DNA of 58,431 bases from positions 1-58,431 of the forward strand of contig SLMM01000036.1 in the NCBI GenBank assembly GCA_007133565.1, written 5' to 3'. The position numbers and the translations under genes are program-made. Position 1 is the stretch's first letter. Every line of letters begins with the position of its first letter. Under the pieces are notes generated by a model. It was given only the letters and a program-made list of their open reading frames with translations. It had not been told where the DNA came from and ran no database searches. Positions 1-8,658 of this stretch are shown here, piece after piece. The DNA is from Bacteroidales bacterium (GTDB taxonomy: Bacteria > Bacteroidota > Bacteroidia > Bacteroidales > PUMT01).

Positions 1-4
1 AATA

Positions 5-1390
5 TTGTCACTAAATCTGCTATCAATGATTATGTTGCTTGCAATCACAAGTTCTTGCGGAGAAACAGAACAGCCTGAATTCACAGGGGCCCCGGGAGAG
101 GTTGAACTTATTACACTTGCTCCGGGCCATTTTCATGCATACCTTGTGCAGAAAGATATGTATGAACAGGTAGACCCAGTGGTTCATGTATATGCTCCCG
201 AGGGCCCGGAAGTTATACAGCATCTTGAAATGATCGAAAATTACAATACGCGGGAGGAAAATCCGACCTCCTGGGAACAGGTGGTTTATACCGGAGATGA
301 TTATCTTGAAAGGATGCTGAGTGAACGAAAGGGAAATGTTGTTATGCTTGCCGGCAATAACAGACAAAAGACCAATTACATAATAAGATCAGTTGATGCA
401 GGACTAAATGTGTTATCGGATAAACCAATGGCTATCAATGCTGAAAATTTCGATCTCCTGGTAGAAGCATTTGATGTGGCAGAGAGGAACAATATACTGC
501 TTTATGATATAATGACAGAAAGGTATGAGATAACCAGCATACTGCAGAAGGAGTTAATGCAGCTTCCCGGCATATTCGGGAAGCTGGAGACAGGAAGCCC
601 TGAAGATCCAGCAGTTATCAAGGAGAGTGTGCACTATTTCTTTAAGTATGTTTCAGGGCAGGTCCTGCGCAGGCCGCCATGGTTTTTTGATGTAACCCAG
701 CAGGGTGATGGTATAGTTGATGTAACAACCCATCTTGTGGATCTCATTCAGTGGTCCTGTTTCCCGGAGCAGATAATTGACTATAAATCAGATGTTCAGA
801 TGATATCAGCAAGACGTTGGCCCACACCTTTAACTGCAGGTCAGTTTGAGAGAATTACCGGTGTTCCCGGCTTTCCTGAATACCTGAATGAATTCCTTGA
901 AAACGACACACTTCTGCATGTCTATGCAAACGGGGAGATGGATTATACACTTAACGGTGTTCACGCAAGAGTGATAGTTAAGTGGGGTTACAGAGCTCCT
1001 GAAGGCGCCGGTGATACCCATTATTCGCTAACCAGGGGCAGCAACTCAAGTCTGATCATCGAGCAGGGCGAAGAGCAGGATTACAAACCGGTTTTATATA
1101 TAAAGCCATCCCGGCATATAACAATGGATGAATTTGAGCCGGTACTTAGGGATGAATTCCTCGTGATACAGGAGAGGTACCCCGGCGTAGAGCTTGAGAG
1201 GCTGGATGACTCGTGGAAAGTTGTAGTGCCCGATGTGTATGACGTTGGCCACGAGGCACACTTTGCCAGCGTAACCCGCAAATACCTGGAGTTTCTTGTT
1301 GAAGGAATGCCCGACTGGGAAGTTCCCAACATGATTGCGAAATACTACATTACAACACGTGCACTGGAGATTGCCATGGAGCAGGATTAA
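5..1390 (+). CDS. Putative oxidoreductase lipoprotein (Gfo/Idh/MocA-like, Bacteroidota 'oxidoreductase C-terminal domain' type); 5' end possibly truncated
   Basis: 461-aa ORF, frame open to the window edge; lipobox-like LLAITSS-C; Gfo/Idh/MocA-like 'AGLNVLSDKPMA' and 'GDGIVDVTTHLVD' motifs. Confidence 0.7.
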   Translation: MSLNLLSMIMLLAITSSCGETEQPEFTGAPGEVELITLAPGHFHAYLVQKDMYEQVDPVVHVYAPEGPEVIQHLEMIENYNTREENPTSWEQVVYTGDDYLERMLSERKGNVVMLAGNNRQKTNYIIRSVDAGLNVLSDKPMAINAENFDLLVEAFDVAERNNILLYDIMTERYEITSILQKELMQLPGIFGKLETGSPEDPAVIKESVHYFFKYVSGQVLRRPPWFFDVTQQGDGIVDVTTHLVDLIQWSCFPEQIIDYKSDVQMISARRWPTPLTAGQFERITGVPGFPEYLNEFLENDTLLHVYANGEMDYTLNGVHARVIVKWGYRAPEGAGDTHYSLTRGSNSSLIIEQGEEQDYKPVLYIKPSRHITMDEFEPVLRDEFLVIQERYPGVELERLDDSWKVVVPDVYDVGHEAHFASVTRKYLEFLVEGMPDWEVPNMIAKYYITTRALEIAMEQD

Positions 1391-1427
1391 TCAAAGTGCA
1401 TAAAAAAGGGAATTAATTTACCACGGT

Positions 1428-1455
1428 TGTAACTTTTCTGTACTTCAGTTCGTCA
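1428..1455 (+). promoter_or_regulatory. Putative ECF-sigma promoter TGTAAC-N17-CGTCA (autoregulatory)
   Basis: TGTAAC 1428-1433 and CGTCA 1451-1455, 27 nt before the sigma ATG; same boxes and spacing recur at 3122-3149. Confidence 0.75.
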
Positions 1456-1482
1456 CACAGTAAATTTCCGGGCAGAATAAAA

Positions 1483-1968
1483 ATGGGAATTGAAGACTTT
1501 AACAGGTGCATTGACGAATATTCCGATGGCGTTTACCGCTTCATCCTCAAAAACATCAGGGATGAAGAGAAGGCACGCGACATTGTACAGGATTCTTTTG
1601 AAAAAATGTGGCAGAAGATTGAAGGTATATCTTCCGAAAAGGCGAAGTCATACCTGTTTTCCACAGCGTATCACACCATGATCGATGCTATCAGGAAAGA
1701 GAAGGCGATGGTTGACTTCAATTATATGAAAGAAGAATTGTATTCGCACTCGTCTCAATACTGCGACCTTAATGAAATCCTGCATGAAGCTGTATCAAAA
1801 TTGCCGGCAATCCAGCGGTCTGTTATTATGTTGCGTGATTATGAGGGTTACTCATACGATGAGATAGCCGGGATAACAGGCCTTAGCGAGACACAGGTTA
1901 AGGTCTATATATACCGCGGAAGGATGTTTCTGAAAAAATATATCGGGAAAATGGAAGTCCTTATTTAA
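1483..1968 (+). CDS. RNA polymerase sigma-70 factor, ECF subfamily
   Basis: 161 aa; region 2 'ARDIVQDSFEKMW...KSYLFSTAYH'; region 4 'LPAIQRSVIMLRDYEGYSYDEIAGITGLSETQVKVYIYRGR'. Confidence 0.95.
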   Translation: MGIEDFNRCIDEYSDGVYRFILKNIRDEEKARDIVQDSFEKMWQKIEGISSEKAKSYLFSTAYHTMIDAIRKEKAMVDFNYMKEELYSHSSQYCDLNEILHEAVSKLPAIQRSVIMLRDYEGYSYDEIAGITGLSETQVKVYIYRGRMFLKKYIGKMEVLI

Positions 1969-1974
1969 ATAAGA

Positions 1975-3120
1975 GTGATGCAGATCAACAGAGATAACTA
2001 TGAGGCATACCTTCTGGACCTTGCAGAAGGGAAACTTTCTCCTGCAATGGAGAGGGAGCTTGCGAGGTTTCTGGAGGAGAACCCGGTACCGGAAAGGGGT
2101 ACCGGTATTGATGCGGCAGTTCTTCAACCGGAAGAGGTCTGCTTTTCAGGAAAGGATGACATGAAGAAGGGAGGATTGGCCGACAGGGTAACTGTCGGAA
2201 ATTACGGACAGTTCTGTATCGCAAGGTCAGAGGGCGACCTTTCTGACGAAGGGGTTGAAGAGCTCGACAGGTTCCTTATTGATAATCCGCGTTATGCAAA
2301 AGAGGCAGCTTTGTATGACAGGTTGAAACTCCAACCTGATACTGCCGTTATTTATGGCCGGAAGCACAGGTTGAAAAAAATTGCTGTGGCAGGCAGGCCG
2401 GTTAAGACAATTAACCGGACAAGGGTTATTTACCGTACAGTGTCGGTGGCTGCAACAATCGCTGTTTTATTGTCAGGGGCGATTTTCGTCCGGCAGATGG
2501 TAAGAAATGAAGGCGGGCTGCCTGCAACGGAAAGAAGAATAGTTTCGCTTCCGGCTGAAAGGATCAGGCCAGATGCAACTTCTGGTTCAGGAGGTAATTT
2601 TACTGCCGTCTATCCTGGCGGAGAATTAAATCTTGGTGATTTAAGAGGCACACCTGCAGATCATGAAGCTTTGTTATCTCAGGTACTGGTTGAAAAAACG
2701 GAGACTACCCGTTTGGCAACTGAACCTGCTCCGGTGTTTGAACGTGTCACCCTTACGCCTCTGGCAGGACGCTCATCTCGCCCGGATTTACATACGGCAC
2801 GCGTTACCGGAACCAGCCAGGTTAAAATAGCAGCTGTCCACTCAGGGGCGCCGGGTCTTAACGGACCTGAAGATGCGGGTGCAGCCGGGATTTTCAGAAG
2901 GGTATCCGGCATTATTGCACGTGCCCTGGATGAAGATTCTGAAAGGGATCGGATTACACTGTGGGACATAGCCGATGCCGGAGTAAAAGGTATAAACGCA
3001 TTGGCAGGTACAGAAATGCTCCTTGAAAGGGAAATTAACACTGACGGAGAGCTGGTTTCAATGGCATTCAGCTCCAGAATCATAGGTTTTGAGCGTACTG
3101 TATCATTTAACACAGATTAG
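1975..3120 (+). CDS. Putative membrane anti-sigma factor
   Basis: Starts 6 nt after the ECF stop; duplicated N-terminal helical module (NYEAYLLDLAEGKLS / NYGQFCIARSEGDLS), one TM helix (VSVAATIAVLLSGAIFV), low-complexity linker, small C-terminal domain. Confidence 0.7.
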   Translation: MMQINRDNYEAYLLDLAEGKLSPAMERELARFLEENPVPERGTGIDAAVLQPEEVCFSGKDDMKKGGLADRVTVGNYGQFCIARSEGDLSDEGVEELDRFLIDNPRYAKEAALYDRLKLQPDTAVIYGRKHRLKKIAVAGRPVKTINRTRVIYRTVSVAATIAVLLSGAIFVRQMVRNEGGLPATERRIVSLPAERIRPDATSGSGGNFTAVYPGGELNLGDLRGTPADHEALLSQVLVEKTETTRLATEPAPVFERVTLTPLAGRSSRPDLHTARVTGTSQVKIAAVHSGAPGLNGPEDAGAAGIFRRVSGIIARALDEDSERDRITLWDIADAGVKGINALAGTEMLLEREINTDGELVSMAFSSRIIGFERTVSFNTD

Positions 3121-3121
3121 C

Positions 3122-3149
3122 TGTAACAAACCGGGATGTTTATACGTCA
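3122..3149 (+). promoter_or_regulatory. Putative ECF-sigma promoter TGTAAC-N17-CGTCA upstream of the beta-barrel gene
   Basis: TGTAAC 3122-3127 and CGTCA 3145-3149; second copy of the 1428-1455 motif. Confidence 0.75.
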
Positions 3150-3195
3150 TACCGGTAAAACATCATTAATTTAATAATTTAAAAACAACAGTAAG

Positions 3196-4116
3196 ATGAA
3201 AACCACAAAAATATTAATAGTTATCTTGAGTATAACTTTATGTAATTTATTCCCGGTTCAGTATACCTTTGCACAAACTCGCGAAGAGATGGTTAACAGG
3301 GCAGAGATGCTTGAGGCAGATAATGATACGGTTGTTGAACGGGGCTCGCGTACAGATACCACTACAATATCGCTGGGTGGCCGTGAAATAAGGATAATTG
3401 ATGCGAACGGAAAGACAGACATCAGTATTTTTGAAAGAAACCACAGAGAGAATTCAACAGGTTACAGGCGCACAAGGCCGTTCCGCGGAGGCTGGCGCGG
3501 AATTGATATAGGGTTGAATAACTATTTCAACAGCGATTTTTCAACATCGCTTTCTCCCGGTGAGGATTTTATGGAGCTCAGGGCCGCAAGGTCAGTGAAT
3601 CTTGGGCTGAATGTATTGCAATACAGTCTTGCACTGTCAGACAATAATATAGGTATGGTTACCGGGCTTGGTGTTGAGTACAACAATTACCGCTTTTCCA
3701 ATGATGTAAGTATCATTAAGGAGAACCGCGAAATTGTACCTGTCTGGTACGACGAACCAGGTATGAGTGTTGACAGGTCCAGGCTCAGGGCGATATATCT
3801 CAATGTGCCGCTGCTTGTTGAGTTTCAGACGTCACATTCAAGCCGGTCGCGCAGGGGGCATATTTCTTTCGGGGTTGTAGGCGGCGTAAACATTGGATCA
3901 AATACCAGGATTGTTTACAAGGATAATTCCAGCAGAAGCCGCGAAAAAGTGAGAGATGACTTCTATCTGTCGCCATTCAGGTACGGATTTACATTGCGGG
4001 CCGGCTACAGGTCGCTCAACCTTTACGCGAACTACTACCCGGTTACACTATTTCAGTCCGGCAAAGGTCCGGAACTATACCCGTTTTCCCTGGGTTTTTC
4101 ACTGCTCAGCTTCTGA
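3196..4116 (+). CDS. Outer membrane beta-barrel protein (PorT/porin-like)
   Basis: Signal peptide ending TFA-Q (typical of Bacteroidota); amphipathic strands 'YLNVPLLVEF', 'FRYGFTLRAGY'; C-terminal Phe. Confidence 0.8.
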   Translation: MKTTKILIVILSITLCNLFPVQYTFAQTREEMVNRAEMLEADNDTVVERGSRTDTTTISLGGREIRIIDANGKTDISIFERNHRENSTGYRRTRPFRGGWRGIDIGLNNYFNSDFSTSLSPGEDFMELRAARSVNLGLNVLQYSLALSDNNIGMVTGLGVEYNNYRFSNDVSIIKENREIVPVWYDEPGMSVDRSRLRAIYLNVPLLVEFQTSHSSRSRRGHISFGVVGGVNIGSNTRIVYKDNSSRSREKVRDDFYLSPFRYGFTLRAGYRSLNLYANYYPVTLFQSGKGPELYPFSLGFSLLSF

Positions 4117-4136
4117 CAAAACCGGAATTTATCCAG

Positions 4137-4161
4137 AACCCGGCTGCAGGCCGGGTTTTTT
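4137..4161 (+). terminator. Intrinsic terminator of the ECF/barrel locus
   Basis: AACCCGGC-tgcag-GCCGGGTT followed by a T run. Confidence 0.85.
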
Positions 4162-4289
4162 AATGGTTCCGGCACACACTTTTGACTCCTGATAAACTGC
4201 AATTGTTGGTATTTATTCAGAATCAAATTAATTTTGTCTTACTTTTATGAATCCCTATATGGTATAATGTTATTTCAAAACCTTGATTT

Positions 4290-5051
4290 ATGGGAGAAAT
4301 GGATTCGCTTACCGAACTTGAAAAGAAAAGGTACAAACTTCAGATAATGCTGCCCGGAATAGGGGCCCGCGGACAGGAAAAGATAAAGGATGCCCGTGTT
4401 CTTGTTGTAGGTATCGGGGGACTTGGTTCGCAGGTGCTGCAGTATCTTGCAGCCATGGGTGTGGGCACCCTTGGGTTTCTCGATTATGATGTGATTGAAG
4501 AGGTTAACCTCAGTCACCAGGTTTTGTATGGGATGGAGGATATAGGAAAGCTGAAGGCAGTTGTGACCCGTAAAAGGCTTTCGGCAATGAACCCTCTGGT
4601 TCAGCTTAACATGCTAAATGTTAAATTCAAAAGTGACAATGCCGGTTCGATCGTGCCTGGTTACGACATTGTGGTTGACGCGACAAATAAGAGAGAAGAG
4701 CACTGTCTTATCAGCGACTCATGCCTGAAATACAATAAGATAATGGTTTTGGGCTGTGTGTGCAGTAAGCTTGAGGGCAGAATATCCGTGTTCAATTATG
4801 GAGGAGGACCCTCTTACCGGTGCCTGAATTCTGAAGATCATAGTGAAGAACAGGACGCCGGCAAGAACATCACCGGTATGCCAGGGATTCTTCCGGGTAT
4901 TACAGGAGCCTTTGTCGCCAATGAGGTTATCAGGATCATAACAGGCAGCCATGAAGTGCTTTCAGGAAAAATGCTCACCATCGATATTTTCGGATACATA
5001 AACCGGATAATACCGGTCGAAAAGAACCCGCATAATTTTAACCGCGAATGA
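4290..5051 (+). CDS. HesA/MoeB/ThiF family protein, catalytically degenerate
   Basis: 'GQEKIKDARVLVVGIGGLGS' Rossmann motif, 'LDYD...NL..Q', 'GKLKA'; key Arg/Asp/Cys residues substituted (see findings). Confidence 0.85.
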   Translation: MGEMDSLTELEKKRYKLQIMLPGIGARGQEKIKDARVLVVGIGGLGSQVLQYLAAMGVGTLGFLDYDVIEEVNLSHQVLYGMEDIGKLKAVVTRKRLSAMNPLVQLNMLNVKFKSDNAGSIVPGYDIVVDATNKREEHCLISDSCLKYNKIMVLGCVCSKLEGRISVFNYGGGPSYRCLNSEDHSEEQDAGKNITGMPGILPGITGAFVANEVIRIITGSHEVLSGKMLTIDIFGYINRIIPVEKNPHNFNRE

Positions 5052-5120
5052 ACCCGGTTTAGTATCTGATCTCTGAATGGAGGTATTGTACATCGTTAAC
5101 ATATAAAAAATTATAAAGTA

Positions 5121-5825
5121 ATGAGGTTACTGCTGATAAGTAATTCAACAAATGCAGGAGAGGAATACCTTGAGTATCCCATGGGAAATATCAAAGAGTA
5201 TCTCGGCAGGCAGAAGATAAGAGCATTGTTCATACCATGGGCCGGGGTTACTGTTACATGGGACGACTATGAAAAGAAGGTCAGGCAGCGGTTTAACCAG
5301 GTTGGACATGAAATTGTTTCCATCCATCATTTTGATGACCCCGCAAAAGCTGTGTCAAATGCAGAGGCGATAGTTGTGGGGGGAGGCAACACTTTCAGGC
5401 TGACATTTTTACTTCACCATTACGGTCTCGTACCGTTAATACGCGAACGGGTAATGGCCGGAACACCTTATTTAGGCTGGAGCGCCGGGGCAAATGTTGC
5501 CTGTCCCACTATCTGTACAACGAACGATATGCCCATTGTGCAGCCCGCATCATTCGAAGTGTTTAACCTGGTGAAGTTTCAGATCAACCCTCATTATCTT
5601 GACGCATCACCCGGTGGCCATGCCGGTGAGACCCGCGAAATGCGCATTGCAGAATTTGTTGAGATAAACCGTGATGCATATGTTGTCGGGCTCAGGGAGG
5701 GCACTATGCTTCTGATCGAAAACGGATCTGTTAAACTTATCGGGAGCAGGAAGATGCGTATTTTCAAATATGGCAGCGAACCTGCCGAACTTGGTCCGGA
5801 CGACGACGCATCATTCCTGTTGTAA
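5121..5825 (+). CDS. pepE: Dipeptidase E (peptidase S51)
   Basis: 'MRLLLISNST', 'VGGGNTF', catalytic 'GWSAG', 'INPHY', 'GETRE'. Confidence 0.93.
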   Translation: MRLLLISNSTNAGEEYLEYPMGNIKEYLGRQKIRALFIPWAGVTVTWDDYEKKVRQRFNQVGHEIVSIHHFDDPAKAVSNAEAIVVGGGNTFRLTFLLHHYGLVPLIRERVMAGTPYLGWSAGANVACPTICTTNDMPIVQPASFEVFNLVKFQINPHYLDASPGGHAGETREMRIAEFVEINRDAYVVGLREGTMLLIENGSVKLIGSRKMRIFKYGSEPAELGPDDDASFLL

Positions 5826-5916
5826 ATGGAGGGAAGTGCTGAAATATGGCGCCGGGCATCAATACTTTTGGCCTGAGTTTTGCGTTTATTGGTAAATTCC
5901 GGTAGCATATCACTTT

Positions 5917-8610
5917 ATGGTGCGCATCATAAAATATTTACTGGCAGCCTTTCTGGTATTTGCAGTTGTTGTAACTGCTGCAGGCCTGATCATTGCAAGG
6001 TATTACCAGGACGAAGTAAAGCAGTTGGTGATAAGCGGTATCAACAGGCATGTCACTACGGAGATCACCGTAGGCGATATCTCATTCTCCGTGCTGAGAC
6101 GTTTTCCGCGTGCTTCACTTGAATTCAGGGATGTTCTAATTCTGGCACCCGAAGAGTTCAGAAACAATAGCGATAATAGTGCCGGGGCCGATACGTTGTT
6201 CACTGCCAGTAATATGCACCTGCGGTTCAATATCAGAGACATCTTCAACAGGCAGTACAATATCAGCAGCATTAATGCATCGGGCGGGATGCTCAACCCT
6301 GCTGTAAACTCTGCAGGGCTTGAAAACTACCGGTTCTGGAAACAGGATGGAGCGACAGACGGGGCCTTCAGCCTGAATTTGCAGGATGTGAGATTGGTTG
6401 ATTATAATATAAGTTACGGCAACAGGCTGAAGGATGTCTATTTAGAGGCCGATCTCGACAGGCTTTATATGAAGGGCAGTTTTGGCAGCACCCGTCAACG
6501 CATGAGCGCGATAGCTTCGGGCAGGAGCAGTGAGTTGAGGTATGGCGGTTTTGTTTACCTTGAGCAGAGTGATGTAGAATTAAGGGCTTCAATCGATGTT
6601 GACGACAAACTGTTTGTTATTGAAAACGGCACTATAATACTGGAAGGAATAACTCTTACAGCAATAGGCAGTTACGTGTCGGGTGATAAAGGAGAAATTG
6701 ATCTGGAATTAAAGGGTTACAACATTGGGTTATCATCTGTTGTTCCCCTTATGCCGGTTAAAGAGGCTCAAAAACTTAAAGATTATCGTTTTTCCGGCCA
6801 TTTCGACTTTGATGCCTCCATCCGGGGCGCCCTTTCAAGAACCTCTTCACCGGCAGTAACAGCATCATTCGGCACAGAGAACAGTGAAATTAAGCACAAG
6901 GCATCAGGTGTCAGCCTTACAAATACCCGCATCAGGGGACACTATACCCGCGGTTCCGGACAAAACACGGGATCATCTGTGGTTTCCATAACCGGTTTTT
7001 CTGCCGGACTGGGGAAAGGCCATATAAGCGGCAGCGGAACTCTGTCAGATTTCCCGTCGCCCGAAATTGATTTCAAACTGAGCGCCGACCTTCATCTTGA
7101 AGAGCTAGCGCGTTTTTATCTGCCTGATAACATAAGCTTTATGGCCGGGCATATAAAAACAACTTTATCGGGCAAAGGACGACCCGGCAGAGATACTGAA
7201 CGCGAAATAGAGATTTTCAACCGGATGGATCTCGCCGGCAGACTTGAGATACAGGATGGGGCGATTGAATTGTCGGAAGGTAAATATGTTGCCCGCAATA
7301 TTGAAGGGATACTCAATTTCGGACAGGTACTGAATACTCCGGGCCTTGGATTTTACATAGGCGATGACCATTTCAGGATAATGGGTGAGATTGATAACGG
7401 GCTCCCCTGGCTGCTTGGAGAACAACAGGTCATGAGCATTGAAGGCAGCTTTTATTCTTCGCAGCTGGTTCTCGACAATTACATCGGGGTCAGGGCTGCG
7501 GGTAATAACCGGTCAGGGACATCAGAGTTGCTCAGGTTTCCTGATAATATCGAACTTAACCTCGATTTTCTGGTTGACAGGCTTGGTTTCGGGAATTTCT
7601 CTTCAACATCATTTACCGGAAGGATGAGTTACAGGCCTGGGATGCTGGTGATGAACTCCCTGGGGTTTAACTCAATGGACGGGTCCGTCTCGGGGAACGC
7701 GGTGATTTACCAGCGGATTGACGGTGAGTTTCTGGTGCAGTCACAGCTTGAGCTTGATCAGGTTGATATAAACAGGATGTTTGCTTCATTCAGCAATTTC
7801 GGGCAGAATTTCATTGACAGTGGCAACCTGAAAGGAACCGTGTCGGGCAGTCTGAGTCTGCTGACTGAGTGGAGCAATGATTTGAGAATAATTGAGGAGA
7901 ATTTGATTGCCGACAGCAGGCTGGTGATCAGTGACGGAGAACTTATTGACTTTGAGCCGATGCTTGGCCTGGCGCGTTTCATTGATGTTGATGAATTGCA
8001 GCATATTCGTTTTTCTCAGCTGCAGAACGAGATATTTATCCGGAACCGGGTCGTCACCATACCCCAGATGGACATACATTCATCGGCATTTAATATAAGC
8101 GGTTCGGGGACTCACAATTTTGACGGCAGCTTTGATTACCGCCTTCGGGTGCTTCTATCTGACGTACTTTACGGTAAGGCCCGGAGATCAAGGCCCGAGA
8201 CTGACAGGTTCGGGGTGGTTGAAGATGACGGACTGGGAAGGACAAGCCTGTACCTTGTAGTTTCAGGCACACCTGACGATTACAGGGTCGCTTTTGATCA
8301 TCGTGCAGTACGTGATATGATACGGGAGAATCTGGCAAACGAAAGGAATGTGCTCAGGCAGATCCTCAACGAGGAGTTCGGATGGTTCAGCCGGGAGGAG
8401 GATGGTGGCGAACCAGTTGATGCTGCGGCTCCCGCCGGATCCGGGTTCAGGATAGTGTGGGATGAGGAGGATACAAAACAGGAAGGGGCTTCCGCACCCG
8501 AATCAGTCACACCTGCGGGGCAGCGGGATAACCAGGTGCGTTTCCGTGTAATATGGGACGAAGAGGAGAAACCCTCAGGCCCTTTACCGGGCGAAAGGCG
8601 CCGCAGATGA
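5917..8610 (+). CDS. AsmA-like envelope (lipid-bridge type) protein
   Basis: 897 aa; N-terminal membrane anchor followed by long all-beta sequence; C-terminal 'IPQMDIHSSAFNISGSGTHNFDGSFDYRL'. Confidence 0.8.
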   Translation: MVRIIKYLLAAFLVFAVVVTAAGLIIARYYQDEVKQLVISGINRHVTTEITVGDISFSVLRRFPRASLEFRDVLILAPEEFRNNSDNSAGADTLFTASNMHLRFNIRDIFNRQYNISSINASGGMLNPAVNSAGLENYRFWKQDGATDGAFSLNLQDVRLVDYNISYGNRLKDVYLEADLDRLYMKGSFGSTRQRMSAIASGRSSELRYGGFVYLEQSDVELRASIDVDDKLFVIENGTIILEGITLTAIGSYVSGDKGEIDLELKGYNIGLSSVVPLMPVKEAQKLKDYRFSGHFDFDASIRGALSRTSSPAVTASFGTENSEIKHKASGVSLTNTRIRGHYTRGSGQNTGSSVVSITGFSAGLGKGHISGSGTLSDFPSPEIDFKLSADLHLEELARFYLPDNISFMAGHIKTTLSGKGRPGRDTEREIEIFNRMDLAGRLEIQDGAIELSEGKYVARNIEGILNFGQVLNTPGLGFYIGDDHFRIMGEIDNGLPWLLGEQQVMSIEGSFYSSQLVLDNYIGVRAAGNNRSGTSELLRFPDNIELNLDFLVDRLGFGNFSSTSFTGRMSYRPGMLVMNSLGFNSMDGSVSGNAVIYQRIDGEFLVQSQLELDQVDINRMFASFSNFGQNFIDSGNLKGTVSGSLSLLTEWSNDLRIIEENLIADSRLVISDGELIDFEPMLGLARFIDVDELQHIRFSQLQNEIFIRNRVVTIPQMDIHSSAFNISGSGTHNFDGSFDYRLRVLLSDVLYGKARRSRPETDRFGVVEDDGLGRTSLYLVVSGTPDDYRVAFDHRAVRDMIRENLANERNVLRQILNEEFGWFSREEDGGEPVDAAAPAGSGFRIVWDEEDTKQEGASAPESVTPAGQRDNQVRFRVIWDEEEKPSGPLPGERRRR

Positions 8611-8658
8611 CCTGTTGCCCCTGCATACCTGTCGGATGGCACCATTACAATTAGTGCA

